Of a stretch of DNA of 64,000 bases, positions 40,183 through 51,154 are shown in pieces (the first letter of the stretch is position 1; each line of letters opens with the position of its first letter). Location: NCBI GenBank assembly GCA_005843805.1, contig SZXY01000155.1, forward strand, positions 20,717 through 84,716, read 5' to 3'. The notes under the pieces were generated by a model that searched no databases, was not told the DNA's origin, and saw only the letters and a program-made list of their open reading frames with translations. A program made the translations under genes and the position numbers. The stretch is from Chlorobium sp. (GTDB lineage: Bacteria; Bacteroidota; Chlorobiia; Chlorobiales; Chlorobiaceae).

Positions 40183-41841
40183 ATGCATGAATTTTTTCTC
40201 CCTGTCATTCAGAGAGCCCTCTCTCTGGCATCGATTACAACTGACAAGCCAATCCAGACAGAACAGCCTTCGGACAAGAAGTTCGGTGACTTTTCAACAA
40301 ATATAGCCCTGCTTGCGGCAAAAGAGTGCAAAAGAAACCCGCGAGAACTTGCCAGGGAGATAATCGCACACCTCGAATTTCCTCCCGATACCATTTCAAA
40401 AATAGAGGTGGCAGGAGCCGGTTTCATCAATTTTTATCTTACCCCACTCTTTATCATGCGCTCCGTCCAGCAGGTACTGCAAGAAGGAGAGTCATACGGA
40501 AATGGGTGCAACGGCAAGGGACAAAAGGCCATCGTGGAATATGTGAGCGCCAATCCGACCGGTCCGCTGACCATTGGAAGAGGACGGGGCGGAGTGCTTG
40601 GAGACTGTATCGCAAACCTTTTTGCAACACAAGGATTCGAGGTTACACGAGAGTACTATTTCAACGATGCCGGACGTCAGATGCAGATTCTCGGTGAATC
40701 AGTACGTTACCGCTATCTTGAACGCTGCGGTCGGGAGATCGAGTTTCCTGCCACCCATTACCAGGGCGAATATATAAGGGAGATAGCCGAAAGCATCTAC
40801 AACGAGAAGGGCAGTTCACTGGCAGAACAAAGCGAAGTGCTGATTTTCAAAAAGAGTGCAGAAGAGATCATTTTCAGTTCCATACGCAAGACTCTGGAGC
40901 GCCTCAGCATCCGCCATGACTCATTTTTCAATGAGCACAAGCTCTACATTGCCAGCGACGAGAACCCGTCAGCCAATGATGCCGTTATTGAAGCACTCAA
41001 TGCTGCCGGCTTTATCGGCAATTACGACGGGGCGACCTGGTTTCTGACAACAAAACTTGGTCAGGAAAAGGACAAGGTTCTCATCAAGTCAACAGGTGAA
41101 CCGAGCTACCGCCTTCCCGATATAGCCTATCACATAACAAAGTTCGAGCGCAACTACTCCATGATCGTCAATGTGTTCGGTGCCGATCATATCGACGAAT
41201 ATCCTGACGTCATAGAGGCTCTGAAAATTCTCGGTTACGATACCCAGCGTATCAAGGTTGCCATAAACCAGTTTGTCACGACAACGGTTGACGGCCAGAC
41301 ACTTAAAATGTCAACAAGAAAGGGGAACGCCGATCTGCTCGACGACCTGATTGACGATGTCGGAGCTGACGCAACCCGGCTCTTTTTCATCATGCGCAGC
41401 AAGGATTCTCACCTGAACTTCGATGTTGAGCTGGCAAAAAAACAGTCGAAAGACAACCCGGTCTTTTATCTGCAATATGCCCACGCAAGAATTTGCAGCC
41501 TCCTGCGCATGGCCATACAGGAAAAAGAGTTTGACCCTGCCTCCATCACAGAGCATCACCTTCTGCAGCTTCTCGATTCCCCGACGGAACTGCAGCTTGG
41601 ATTTGCCCTGCTGGATTATCCCGATATGATAAAAACAAGCCTTAGAATGCTTGAACCGCAAAAAATGGTAGAATACCTTCACTCCCTGGCTGAGCTTTTT
41701 CACAAGTTTTACCAGGAGTGCCCCATTCTCAAGGCTGAGCCGGATATTTCAAAAGCACGATTGTTTCTTTCACTGGCAACACGTCAGGTGCTGCGTAACG
41801 GGTTCAGAATTCTCGGCGTTTCAGCTCCTGACTCTATGTAG
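40183..41841 (+). CDS. argS: Arginine--tRNA ligase
   Basis: [42 protein letters not shown] and [11 protein letters not shown]. Confidence 0.97.
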   Translation: MHEFFLPVIQRALSLASITTDKPIQTEQPSDKKFGDFSTNIALLAAKECKRNPRELAREIIAHLEFPPDTISKIEVAGAGFINFYLTPLFIMRSVQQVLQEGESYGNGCNGKGQKAIVEYVSANPTGPLTIGRGRGGVLGDCIANLFATQGFEVTREYYFNDAGRQMQILGESVRYRYLERCGREIEFPATHYQGEYIREIAESIYNEKGSSLAEQSEVLIFKKSAEEIIFSSIRKTLERLSIRHDSFFNEHKLYIASDENPSANDAVIEALNAAGFIGNYDGATWFLTTKLGQEKDKVLIKSTGEPSYRLPDIAYHITKFERNYSMIVNVFGADHIDEYPDVIEALKILGYDTQRIKVAINQFVTTTVDGQTLKMSTRKGNADLLDDLIDDVGADATRLFFIMRSKDSHLNFDVELAKKQSKDNPVFYLQYAHARICSLLRMAIQEKEFDPASITEHHLLQLLDSPTELQLGFALLDYPDMIKTSLRMLEPQKMVEYLHSLAELFHKFYQECPILKAEPDISKARLFLSLATRQVLRNGFRILGVSAPDSM

Positions 41842-42454
41842 CAGAACTCAATGGCTTGCGATAAAGCCCCTGCTCGATAATGTAGCGACGCACAGCAGGC
41901 GGAACAAGCCCGGAGATAGATTGACCGGAAGAGACAAGCTCCCGGATATCGGTTGAGGAGAGTGGATAATCGAAGTCAATAAGTTCGATTCCTCCGTTCC
42001 GGGGCATGCTACCGGAAGGAAGAGTGTTCACTTCAGTTGACGCTCTTCTGAAAACCGCAATATCACACAAAGAAAAAAGCTTCTCATAATCTTTCCACGA
42101 GTGAAACTCCCTGAAGCTGTCTTCACCGACAAGCAAGGTAAGCCTGTCGTGCGGATAGAGTGCATGGACATAGTTGAGAAGATCAACCGTATAGGATGGC
42201 TGCTGTTTCTCAAGCTCCCAGCCACTTACCTCACTGCATGCGTCACCAGTGCCATTGATTTCTGAAGAGAGGAGTTCGACCATGCGCTTTCTGTGCACAT
42301 CGGGAGCCCCCCTCTCTGGCTTGAAAGGATTGTTGGAAACAGACACAATGAGCCTGTCAATAGCCAGAAGCTCCCTGGCAAACAGACAGAGAGCGAGATG
42401 ACCATTGTGCGGAGGATCGAATGTGCCACCGAATACAGCCAGATGCATGGCCAA
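41834..42454 (-). CDS. nadD: Nicotinate-nucleotide adenylyltransferase
   Basis: [23 protein letters not shown] and LSSTDIR. Confidence 0.95.
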   Translation of the reverse strand: MAMHLAVFGGTFDPPHNGHLALCLFARELLAIDRLIVSVSNNPFKPERGAPDVHRKRMVELLSSEINGTGDACSEVSGWELEKQQPSYTVDLLNYVHALYPHDRLTLLVGEDSFREFHSWKDYEKLFSLCDIAVFRRASTEVNTLPSGSMPRNGGIELIDFDYPLSSTDIRELVSSGQSISGLVPPAVRRYIIEQGLYRKPLSSAT

Positions 42455-42459
42455 CTCCG

Positions 42460-43356
42460 TTATTTTTTACTGAAATTCTTTGCGATCTGCTCTCTGACAG
42501 AGTGCATCTGCTGTTTTTGATCCGGATAAAGCTGCAAGTACTGATCAAGCGCCTGTCCGGCATCAAACCACTTTTGTCTCTTTACCAGCACATCAATTTT
42601 TCCTGACCAGGCCTGCCTGACATAGACAGTGTCGGAATAACGCTTTATGAGTTCGTCATAAAAGATACCGGCAGCCTTGTACTTTTTGAGCTGAACATAC
42701 TGCCGGGCTATGAAAAAGAGATTTTTTGCAAGTTTTTCCCTCAACACCGGAATTGCTTTGGCGGCATATCTTACACTGTCAATGCGGGAAAATTGAGCCA
42801 GTGCTGTCGCATAGTTCTGCTTGTAGGACTGGTTTTCAGGGTTGAGCTTCAGCAACGACCGATAGGTCTCAAGATCACTCGATACCTTTGCAGAATCCGT
42901 TACCGGGTAAATATCCAGATAGAGAGCAAACTGTTCAATGGCTTTACTGGTATACTGCTGATCGAGTTCAAAATGCGCAGAGAGCTGTTCACATGATTTT
43001 GCAATCATAAACTGGGCTGTTCTTGCAAAAGGAGTGGATGGCATCTGACGCAAAAGACGGGTAAACATATCCGATGCAAGCATATACTGCCCCGAATAAT
43101 AATAGCTCTTTCCAAGAAGAAAAAGCACATCATCCTCAAGTGCCGTTGCACGGGAGGTAAAGAGCAGTGATTCAAGCAAAAGAACCGCAGCATCGTAATC
43201 CTTCTTCTCATAACTATTCACGGCTCTGCCATAGCCTTCAGCTACACGGGAAGTTGCCGTAAGGGCTGGTTTGGAAGAGGAACAACCCGAAATCATAATG
43301 GAACCAATCGCAAAAAGAATCAAGACCGAATGAGAAAACCACCTGGGAACCGACAT
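42460..43356 (-). CDS. bamD: Outer membrane protein assembly factor BamD (TPR lipoprotein)
   Basis: Lipobox ISGC, TPR-like helices, LDQQYTSKAI, KLAKNLFFIARQY and YPD. Confidence 0.88.
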   Translation of the reverse strand: MSVPRWFSHSVLILFAIGSIMISGCSSSKPALTATSRVAEGYGRAVNSYEKKDYDAAVLLLESLLFTSRATALEDDVLFLLGKSYYYSGQYMLASDMFTRLLRQMPSTPFARTAQFMIAKSCEQLSAHFELDQQYTSKAIEQFALYLDIYPVTDSAKVSSDLETYRSLLKLNPENQSYKQNYATALAQFSRIDSVRYAAKAIPVLREKLAKNLFFIARQYVQLKKYKAAGIFYDELIKRYSDTVYVRQAWSGKIDVLVKRQKWFDAGQALDQYLQLYPDQKQQMHSVREQIAKNFSKK

Positions 43357-43515
43357 AGAAGAACTCCATTATCCGTTTTAACAAAAAAGAGAAATCTTAA
43401 AAAAAAAAAACGCACTCAACGGCACAAATGAAGGTACCGATTTTAATAGCATGATTGCCTGGCTGGATCACTGAAGAAAAACAGGGGTTTTCCCGACAGT
43501 GCCATTACAATCTGA

Positions 43516-43743
43516 TCAGGTAAGTCTGGCTCCCGTTTTACCGGGTTTGTCCGAAGTATTACAACTGCCGGATGTCGAAATACCAAGCAATGTATAGAGA
43601 GGACAAAATCCGGTCAATGAGGTCAAAAGCGGCACAAGCCCTATCGCTCCCCACCATGAATTACCTGCGATACCAATCAGAATAACCACAACACCAATAA
43701 CAGCACGGATTGTCCTGTCAGTTTGTCCCATGTGTTGCGCCAT
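43516..43743 (-). CDS. DUF2892 (YgaP-like) small membrane protein
   Basis: MGQTDRTIR...GLVPLLTSLTGFCPLYTLLGIST. Confidence 0.9.
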   Translation of the reverse strand: MAQHMGQTDRTIRAVIGVVVILIGIAGNSWWGAIGLVPLLTSLTGFCPLYTLLGISTSGSCNTSDKPGKTGARLT

Positions 43744-43953
43744 AACATCCTCCGTTATAAGGGTTAAATGAATGTTTACAGAGAACCCGAACCAGCTTTC
43801 AGAGTAAAATTACAATCTCTTTGCCTGAGAAGCAATCCCGGATACTTTTTTCTCCTTTGCAGCAACCACTCTGGATAGCTCACACATCCATAAAACAGGG
43901 GATTGCCCGCTTCAATATTGGCTGCCATGATAATTCAGTATCCGGTAAATAAC

Positions 43954-43979
43954 AAAATCCGCCGGAAAAAGAGGCGGAT
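43954..43979 (-). terminator. Probable intrinsic terminator downstream of tRNA-Ala
   Basis: Minus strand ATCCGCC-N9-GGCGGAT followed by TTT. Confidence 0.6.
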
Positions 43980-44011
43980 CAATGGCAGAAACTGCCCTGA
44001 AAATAACCATG

Positions 44012-44084
44012 TGGAGCTTAGGGGAGTCGAACCCCTGACCTTCTCATTGCGAACGAGACGCTCTACCAACTGAGCTAAAGCCCC
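44012..44084 (-). tRNA. tRNA-Ala (anticodon CGC), CCA not encoded
   Basis: GGGGCTTTAGCTCAGTTGGTAGAGCG-TCTCG-TTCGCAA-TGAGA-AGGTC-AGGGGTTCGACTCCCCT-AAGCTCC-A; 73-nt cloverleaf. Confidence 0.96.
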
Positions 44085-44143
44085 GACTGACAAATGCTAC
44101 AAATTTATTCCGATGCTTACAAGCCGTCTCACACAGAATGGCT

Positions 44144-44172
44144 AAAAAAATAGCCTGCGCGAGCAGGCTATT
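44144..44172 (-). terminator. Intrinsic terminator of the atp cluster
   Basis: Minus strand AATAGCCTGC-TCGC-GCAGGCTATT followed by TTTTT, ~35 bp after the atpH stop. Confidence 0.85.
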
Positions 44173-44207
44173 GGCCGTTTAACAGCTCATTTCAACTTTG
44201 GAAAATC

Positions 44208-44750
44208 TCATGCTTCGGAAACAAGTGCTTTCCTGAGCATCTGAAGCTGGTGGCTGATGCTGCCATCAAAGATGGTATCACCGATTTTAACCGAGACCCC
44301 TCCAAGCAGCGCCTCATCGAGAGACATTCTTGGACGGATTTTTTTGCCGGTATAATCAGCAAGCCTGGCGACAAGTTTGCCTGCCTGTTCTTCAGAGAGT
44401 GCCACTGCACTGGTAACATCGACATTGATAACTCCTCTCTTCTCATCGAGGAGAATCTGAAACTCGTCAATAATTTCAGGCAGAAGACCTGCACGTTTTT
44501 TTCTGGCTATCAGCCTTAAAAACAGAAACATTTTTTCGCCGACTGAATCCCTGAACACCTCTTCGAGGATATGAATTTTCTTGTCCCCTTTGACAAGTGG
44601 ACTCCGCAACGCATGAACCAGATCACGGGAATTTTGAAGAACCTCCTTGATCTGACTCAACTCTTCAACAATCTGGTCGAGAAAACCACCCTCTTCAGCA
44701 GCGGACAGGAGAGCCGAAGCATATCGGCGGCTTGCAATGAGACTTGACAT
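44208..44750 (-). CDS. atpH: ATP synthase F1 delta subunit
   Basis: ASRRYASALL, VTSAVAL and LLGGVSVKIGDTIFDGS. Confidence 0.95.
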   Translation of the reverse strand: MSSLIASRRYASALLSAAEEGGFLDQIVEELSQIKEVLQNSRDLVHALRSPLVKGDKKIHILEEVFRDSVGEKMFLFLRLIARKKRAGLLPEIIDEFQILLDEKRGVINVDVTSAVALSEEQAGKLVARLADYTGKKIRPRMSLDEALLGGVSVKIGDTIFDGSISHQLQMLRKALVSEA

Positions 44751-44764
44751 GACGGTGAGGGTTT

Positions 44765-45292
44765 TCAGTTACGTTTTGTTGCGAAATCCTGGAGCATGCT
44801 GTCAACTATCTTTTTCTGCATCTCGGCATCAAGAGTGTTCCTGATAATTTTTTCAGCGCCCCTGACTGCAAGATCAGCGACCTCATTTCTCAGAACATCA
44901 AGCGCACGGCGTTTTTCCTGCTCGATCTCATCCTTGGCCATTGCTATCATTTTTTTAGCTTCAGCCTGGGCCTTCTCAGAGAGATCTGCACGAAACTTGT
45001 CGGCATAATCTTTACCTTCACGAATTATCTTATCAGCTTCGGCATCGGCTTTGGCAAGCAATTCCCTGTTTTTACGCAAAATCGCCTCAGCCTCATCCTT
45101 CGCCTGATGCGCACGGTCAATTGAAGACTGAATTCCCTTTTCCCTTTCTTCCAGAGCATTGAGGATTGGTCCCCAAGCAATTTTCTTCAGAATAAGCAGC
45201 ACAATCACAAATGTCAGCGCAGTCCAGAAAATAAGACCTGGATTTGGGCTCAGAAGACTGCCGGCAAGAAGTATGGTTCCCGACGTAAGCAT
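44765..45292 (-). CDS. atpF: ATP synthase F0 b subunit
   Basis: [13 protein letters not shown]...[12 protein letters not shown] plus coiled coil. Start at 45292. Confidence 0.95.
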   Translation of the reverse strand: MLTSGTILLAGSLLSPNPGLIFWTALTFVIVLLILKKIAWGPILNALEEREKGIQSSIDRAHQAKDEAEAILRKNRELLAKADAEADKIIREGKDYADKFRADLSEKAQAEAKKMIAMAKDEIEQEKRRALDVLRNEVADLAVRGAEKIIRNTLDAEMQKKIVDSMLQDFATKRN

Positions 45293-45394
45293 GAACAATT
45301 TTTCCTTTAACAGGTTAATAAAATCCAATTGCGGTCTGATGAGATCAGCCGCAATCGGGATATCTTCTGTATTGAATCCGCAGGCAGTTCAAGC

Positions 45395-45622
45395 TTATTT
45401 AAGAGCAAGAAGCACACAGATAACTTCACCGAACAGAGCAACACCTTCAATAAGAGCTGCAGCAATAATCATGGTAGTACGGATATCCGCAGTCGCTTCA
45501 GGCTGACGAGCAACGCCTTCGGCTGCAGAAGCCGCAACGTTACCAATACCAAGACCAGCGCCGATAACAGCAAGACCAGCACCAATACCAGCTCCTAAAT
45601 AACCCAAACCTAAACCTTCCAT
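45395..45622 (-). CDS. atpE: ATP synthase F0 c subunit
   Basis: GAGLAVIGAGLGIG, ARQPE and AALIEGVALF. Confidence 0.97.
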   Translation of the reverse strand: MEGLGLGYLGAGIGAGLAVIGAGLGIGNVAASAAEGVARQPEATADIRTTMIIAAALIEGVALFGEVICVLLALK

Positions 45623-45736
45623 CTTGTAATTCCCCGTTTATTTTTTTTGTAAGTTTTCAGCTAAAAAAGTGGTTTTAAACCCGGTCAGTAAAACGCATAA
45701 AAATAAGAGTTATTCCCTAATATTCCTTACCCCAAA

Positions 45737-46774
45737 TTAATGTGAGGCAACTGCTGCATCATGCTCGTCATGTCCTTCGTGCGCCGATGCAAGTCCAATG
45801 AAGAGAGAAGAGAGCATCGTAAAGATAAAGGCCTGAAGAAAAGCTACAAACAGCTCAAGCAGGTCGATAAATATCGAAAAAGGTACCGACATGACAATTG
45901 CAACAACAACACTTTTCAGGATAAAGCTGATAAAGATCAGACTGAGAATCATGATGTGACCCGCTGTCATATTGGCAAACAACCGGATAGAGAGCGCAAC
46001 TGGTTTGGTAAACAACCCGATAAACTCAATCGGAACCATGATGATCCAGAGCGCCGGATGAGTTCCGCCAGTAAGATGAGCAAGATAACCCTTGATGCCA
46101 TGAGCCTTCAGTGCGGCAACCTGCGTTATGAGAAAGGTAATGGTTGCAAGCGTCAGGGTAACGCTGATATTGCTGGTAGCTGTCGCTGCATAGGGAACAA
46201 GCCCGAGAAGATTGCAGAACAAGATGAAAAAGAAAACGGTCAGAAGGTAGTTGATATATTTTTCATAACCGACGCCAATGTTGGCCTTGGCTACATCAGT
46301 ACGGATAAACTCAACCAGCGCTTCCATGGCATTGGCAATCCCTTTTGGCGCCTGACGGGCTGTCATATTCTTGTACTTGCTGCCAACCAGGGAAAAAACC
46401 AGAAGAAGAAGAGCCGAAGCAACCCAAAGCATAACGACATGCTTGGTTATTGAAATATCAATTCCGGCAATCGGAGGAATTTTGGGAAGATGGATTTCAC
46501 CAAAAGGGTCAAAGGTTAGGGTGCTGTTGTCACGCACATGATGCATGATAACATCACCGGCTTTCTCCTCTCCCTCAGTAGCCTCTGCACCATGTTCAGG
46601 CTTGGCGGCCTCTGCCACCACCCCGGCCTGGGCAGCAACTGCACTGCCATGAGGAACAACTGCCTGCTGTTCAGGAGATGCTACAGCTGCGCTGTTGGCA
46701 CTCAGCAGAAAAGTTACAAAAATTGCGATAACCCTGAAAAAAGCTTTGGCCTGTATGACGTTTACCCGTTTCAT
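45737..46774 (-). CDS. atpB: ATP synthase F0 a subunit
   Basis: [25 protein letters not shown] and [17 protein letters not shown]; N-terminal extension. Confidence 0.97.
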   Translation of the reverse strand: MKRVNVIQAKAFFRVIAIFVTFLLSANSAAVASPEQQAVVPHGSAVAAQAGVVAEAAKPEHGAEATEGEEKAGDVIMHHVRDNSTLTFDPFGEIHLPKIPPIAGIDISITKHVVMLWVASALLLLVFSLVGSKYKNMTARQAPKGIANAMEALVEFIRTDVAKANIGVGYEKYINYLLTVFFFILFCNLLGLVPYAATATSNISVTLTLATITFLITQVAALKAHGIKGYLAHLTGGTHPALWIIMVPIEFIGLFTKPVALSIRLFANMTAGHIMILSLIFISFILKSVVVAIVMSVPFSIFIDLLELFVAFLQAFIFTMLSSLFIGLASAHEGHDEHDAAVASH

Positions 46775-47157
46775 GCAGTGTTTTTTTTCTGTTTATTTTT
46801 CTTTTGATATCCGAGAATCTCAACTATGACATAGATACAGTAAAAGGCAAAAAACGAGAGAACAAAATCATTAATAACCGCCAGATCCCTTACAATGACA
46901 ACGGCAATAAGCACCATCAGCAAGAGCATCCTTATAACCAGCCCTCCGAAAACAACCTTCGTGAATACCCGCTGCTCTTTATCAAATGCATAGTCAAAGA
47001 GAAGATAACCGGTGACGGCATTGGCCGCAACCATTACCCATGCATAAAATACAGATCGATAATCAACACTTCCGTGACCAAGAACTGTAAAAATAACCGT
47101 CCATAAAATGACGGACAAGATACATAACTTTAAAAGAAAATCAAACAATGGTTTCAT
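46771..47157 (-). CDS. ATP synthase accessory membrane protein (AtpI-like)
   Basis: Four hydrophobic segments; between the AtpZ-like gene and atpB; stop overlaps the atpB start. Confidence 0.75.
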   Translation of the reverse strand: MKPLFDFLLKLCILSVILWTVIFTVLGHGSVDYRSVFYAWVMVAANAVTGYLLFDYAFDKEQRVFTKVVFGGLVIRMLLLMVLIAVVIVRDLAVINDFVLSFFAFYCIYVIVEILGYQKKNKQKKNTA

Positions 47158-47204
47158 CACACGACACTCTTTGCTGGTTAACAAACCCAAAACGCTCTGG
47201 CTGG

Positions 47205-47450
47205 CTATTTCTTTTTGTTGGCCATCCGAACCACCTTCATAAGCACAAGAGCCATACCGCACATACCAATCAAGACACCAAGCAACAGAAGCAAGGGTGA
47301 AGTGCCAAGCTTGCTGTCGGCCCAGAAACCGAGCATAACAAAAAAAACAAAGCTTGCGGCAATCTGCAAGCCCAGTCCCATATAATCGGAAAGCGCCCGG
47401 ACTGAACGGCCAAATTGAACAGGGAAGCGCTCCTCTTCATGATTGTTCAT
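47205..47450 (-). CDS. AtpZ/AtpI family protein
   Basis: GLGLQIAA...GFWADSKLGTSPLLLLLGVLIG pattern; first gene of the atp cluster. Confidence 0.85.
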   Translation of the reverse strand: MNNHEEERFPVQFGRSVRALSDYMGLGLQIAASFVFFVMLGFWADSKLGTSPLLLLLGVLIGMCGMALVLMKVVRMANKKK

Positions 47451-47690
47451 CGATCCATGTTCCCTTGTTTACATTCCTGCCCATACCACCTCATCAAAAA
47501 AAAGGGCAGTGCGCTCAGTCAAAGAACGAAAGATAATACTCTTGGGGAAATAATGAACTTTTACCTGCGATTCTTCCGATTGCACGGATGAGACTCATTG
47601 GGGGAAAAATCATATTTTACAAGCCACACCGTTGTCAAAAAAAGAGCCATGGTGCAATCGGAAACAAAAAAAAGAGGGGATGAACCATCA

Positions 47691-48479
47691 ATGACCCGAA
47701 TAAAGCAATCCCTTGACCACCCGGAATATATCGTGCCAAAATGTTTCCGTGGATACCCTGAACTCGTTGCGCTGCAGAGCACAAGAAACGGTGGCATAAG
47801 CACTGCTCCCTATGCTTCGCTGAACCTCGGAACCAATACCGGAGACCGTGTGGAAAATGTTTACGAAAACACCCGGCGACTATGTGCCACAGCAGGCATC
47901 GATCCCGGACAAATGGTCAGCTCCGATCAGGTTCACGGCACAGCAATTCTTCTGGCAGAGAAGCCGGGACGGTACCCCGGTTATGACGGGTTCATTACTG
48001 ATAAAAAAAATCTTTTCCTCTCGGTCTTTACTGCGGATTGCTACCCAGTGCTGCTCTTCGACCCCCGACATCGAGCTGTCGGAGCAGTTCATGCTGGATG
48101 GAAAGGATGTGCAGGAAAAATAGTCATGAAAACCATCGAGGCCATGGTGAAAAATTTTAACACCATCCCGGAAGAGACTGTTGCCTTTACAGGAACAGGA
48201 ATTTCTGCCACAGCCTATGAGGTCGGGCCCGATATGATCGAAAAATTTCCGGCGGAGTGCTGCCGACTCTCGACAAACAGCTCACCGGAAAAAGATAAAT
48301 ACCTGCTCGATCTGGCCAGGGCAAACTACCTGCAGTTACTTGCATCCGCAATCCCGGAAGCAAATATCGAGCAATCACTCTTTTGCTCATACCGGGACAG
48401 CAACATATTTTTCTCCTACCGGCGGGACAATGGAACAACCGGACGCATGCTCAGCCTGATCGGTATCAGATCATTCTAA
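47691..48479 (+). CDS. pgeF: PgeF/YfiH family peptidoglycan editing factor (purine nucleoside phosphorylase/laccase-like)
   Basis: STRNGGIS...SLNLG, QVHG, TADCYPVLL, HAGWKG and FFSYRR...TGRM. Start uncertain (47649 or 47691). Confidence 0.9.
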   Translation: MTRIKQSLDHPEYIVPKCFRGYPELVALQSTRNGGISTAPYASLNLGTNTGDRVENVYENTRRLCATAGIDPGQMVSSDQVHGTAILLAEKPGRYPGYDGFITDKKNLFLSVFTADCYPVLLFDPRHRAVGAVHAGWKGCAGKIVMKTIEAMVKNFNTIPEETVAFTGTGISATAYEVGPDMIEKFPAECCRLSTNSSPEKDKYLLDLARANYLQLLASAIPEANIEQSLFCSYRDSNIFFSYRRDNGTTGRMLSLIGIRSF

Positions 48480-48494
48480 AACAGCAGCCTCCCC

Positions 48495-49790
48495 TTACAG
48501 GAAGCTCCTGCCGGAAAATCCGTACAAATCATGAGCCTGGCGAGAGATATCCTCCCTGAAATCAGGATGCGCAATGCTTGCAAGAGCTTCAGCGCGCTGA
48601 CGAAGATTTTTGCCATGCAGGTTTACAATACCAAACTCGGTAACGACATACTGTACGTGGGCTCTCGTGGTGACAACGCCTGCCCCCTGCTTGAGCTGGG
48701 GTACAATCCTTGACTGACCGTTCCTTGTGGTTGACGGCAGCGCAATAATCGGCTTGCCTCCCTTTGAGAGTGCAGCTCCACGAATAAAATCCATCTGACC
48801 GCCAACTCCGGAAAAATATTTCTGGCCGATTGAATCTGCACATACCTGACCGGTCATGTCAATTTCAAGGGCGCTGTTGATGGCCGTCACTTTAGGGTTT
48901 TTTCTGATCTCCCTTGTATCGTTGACATAATCGGAAGGAAGCATCTCTATAAGCGGATTATCATCGACAAAATCATAAAGGCGTCTGGTTCCAACAAGAA
49001 AGCTTGCAACGATGATCTCTTTATGAGAACGTTTTTTACTGCCGTTGATCACACCTTTTTTTACAAGATCGATCACACCATCCGAAAACATTTCGGAATG
49101 AATACCAAGATCCTTGTGGTTGGAGAGCGCCGCAAGGGTCGCATCGGGAATTGCACCAATACCCATCTGCAGGGTAGCGCCATCCTCGACAATAGAGGCG
49201 ATATGACGACCGATATTTATTTCCGTATCACTCAACTCGTGGCGGGGTGTTTCAGGAAGGGCATCATCGACATCGACCATCGCATGAATCTTGCTGGCAT
49301 GAAGCATTCCCTCTCCATGTGTACGGGGCATGTTAGGATTCACCTGGGCAATGACCAGCTTTGCTGCATGAACAGCCGCCAGGGTTGCATCAACCGAAAC
49401 CCCGAGAGAACAGTAACCGTGACGGTCAGGAGGAGAAACATGAACAAGGGCCACATCAAGCGGAAGTACCTTGTTATGAAACAGGGAAGGAACATCGCTC
49501 AGAAATACGGGAATTGCATCTGCATCACCGTTCTGAACGGCTGAGCGGATATTTTTACCCACAAATAACGCATTCATCCGGAAGCTTTCACGATACTCCG
49601 GTTTTGCATAAGGCGCATTGCCTTCGGTATGAAGACTTACAATTTCGACATCTCTCAACTCACTTGCGCGTGCCACCATCGCCTCTATCAAACGCTGCGG
49701 TGTTGCTGCCGCAGTATGAAGAAATACTCTGTCACCCGACTTGATTCTTGCTACCGCATCTTCTGCGGAAAGCCTGCTACAATAATGCAT
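48495..49790 (-). CDS. Acetyl-CoA hydrolase/transferase family protein
   Basis: SPPDRHGYCSLG, TLQMGIGAIP, HSEMFSDG, INSALEIDMTGQV, GVGGQMDF and VVTEFG. Confidence 0.92.
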   Translation of the reverse strand: MHYCSRLSAEDAVARIKSGDRVFLHTAAATPQRLIEAMVARASELRDVEIVSLHTEGNAPYAKPEYRESFRMNALFVGKNIRSAVQNGDADAIPVFLSDVPSLFHNKVLPLDVALVHVSPPDRHGYCSLGVSVDATLAAVHAAKLVIAQVNPNMPRTHGEGMLHASKIHAMVDVDDALPETPRHELSDTEINIGRHIASIVEDGATLQMGIGAIPDATLAALSNHKDLGIHSEMFSDGVIDLVKKGVINGSKKRSHKEIIVASFLVGTRRLYDFVDDNPLIEMLPSDYVNDTREIRKNPKVTAINSALEIDMTGQVCADSIGQKYFSGVGGQMDFIRGAALSKGGKPIIALPSTTRNGQSRIVPQLKQGAGVVTTRAHVQYVVTEFGIVNLHGKNLRQRAEALASIAHPDFREDISRQAHDLYGFSGRSFL

Positions 49791-49828
49791 GAAATCCTTG
49801 TTTTGATTGTCTTATGAGAAAAGCTGTT

Positions 49829-51112
49829 TCAGAGCCCGTTGTTTTTCCGGCGGAGATATGCCGGCGTATCTGAAAGACCTTTCTGAATTTTATCTTCGTG
49901 CTCCCCTGTTCCACCCGGTAAAGAAGGGTTGTGATCACTCCCGGTATTTTTCCGTCCGCCCACTTCATGCGGGTCATGGATAGACAACTGCCTTCTGATA
50001 TAGGCCGGAATACGCAAGTCCTCTTCCTGGCGCTCAGGATAGAGTGACGCAGACTGCCTGACTGACGGAGCTGCCTGAGCGTGCCTGAGACCCGGAGAAG
50101 CAACAGATGGCCTTACTGCATGTGCTTTTCCTTCTTCCTGATCGTTGCGCTTGAAACCGGTAACAATAACGGTAACCCGTATTTCACCGGACACTTGTGG
50201 CTCGTCAACATAACCATTGATAATCTTGGCCTCACTGCCAACCTGCTCCTCGATATAGTTCATGGCATCCGACATGTCCCTCATGGTGACCTCGCCGGTA
50301 ATGTTGACCAGCACTCCTTTGGCTCCCTTTACAGAAACCCCTTCAAGCAGGGGACTGTTGAGAGCATCAGACGAGGCTTTCAGTGCCCGGCGTTCGCCTG
50401 CGGCAGCAGCAGAGCCCATGACAGCATCTCCTGCCCCGGACATAATGCTGCGCACATCGGCAAAGTCAACGTTGACATGACCGTGACGGGTAATAATGTC
50501 AGCGATACCCTTTGCCGCCCGGTAGAGGACGTCATTGGCCATATTGAACGCTTCAGTGGCACTGACCCCCTCCTCGGCTATACTGAGAATCTTTTCATTC
50601 TCAACCAGAATAAGGGTGTCGATATATTTCCGCAATTCAGCAATACCGCCATCAGCAATCTTTGCCTTGACCTGTCCTTCGAAATTAAACGGTCTGGTCA
50701 CAACCCCGATAGTGAGTATGCCCATATTTCGGGCAATCGAGGCAATCACCGGGGCAGCACCGGTACCGGTACCCTTGCCCATGCCTGCAGCAATAAAAAC
50801 AAGATCCGCACCCCTGAGCTGAGCAGCGATGATTTCCCGGTCGTCATCTGCCGCCTGACGACCTTTTGCAGGATCAGCTCCTGCACCAAGCCCATTCGTA
50901 GCTTTCTTGCCGATCTGAACCCTCAGTGGCGCTTTCGAGTTCAGAAGCGCCTGACGATCAGTATTGAAAACGATATATTCAACACCGCTGATTTTCCTGT
51001 CGATCATATTGTTTACCGCATTGCCGCCGCAACCTCCTACGCCGACAATCCTTATGGTAACCCCTTTTCCCTGGTCACTGTCAAACAGGCCGGGATCCAG
51101 CTCAAATGCCAT
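49829..51112 (-). CDS. ftsZ: Cell division protein FtsZ
   Basis: [45 protein letters not shown] and C-terminal DTPAYLRRK. Confidence 0.98.
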   Translation of the reverse strand: MAFELDPGLFDSDQGKGVTIRIVGVGGCGGNAVNNMIDRKISGVEYIVFNTDRQALLNSKAPLRVQIGKKATNGLGAGADPAKGRQAADDDREIIAAQLRGADLVFIAAGMGKGTGTGAAPVIASIARNMGILTIGVVTRPFNFEGQVKAKIADGGIAELRKYIDTLILVENEKILSIAEEGVSATEAFNMANDVLYRAAKGIADIITRHGHVNVDFADVRSIMSGAGDAVMGSAAAAGERRALKASSDALNSPLLEGVSVKGAKGVLVNITGEVTMRDMSDAMNYIEEQVGSEAKIINGYVDEPQVSGEIRVTVIVTGFKRNDQEEGKAHAVRPSVASPGLRHAQAAPSVRQSASLYPERQEEDLRIPAYIRRQLSIHDPHEVGGRKNTGSDHNPSLPGGTGEHEDKIQKGLSDTPAYLRRKNNGL

Positions 51113-51154
51113 TGGTAAGTTCTCCCCTGTGAATCGCTCTTGTTGTCTCTCTTG

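Noticed and set aside
44012-44084. tRNA-Ala as an integration site
   Set aside because: No duplicated tRNA 3' end was seen elsewhere in the window and the flanks are core genes.
50081-51118. 345-aa plus-strand ORF (also the long antisense ORFs 32312..32983, 45761..46453 and 55372..56064)
   Set aside because: Shadow ORFs opposite highly conserved genes (ftsZ, sdhA, atpB, murG) with no protein-like motifs.
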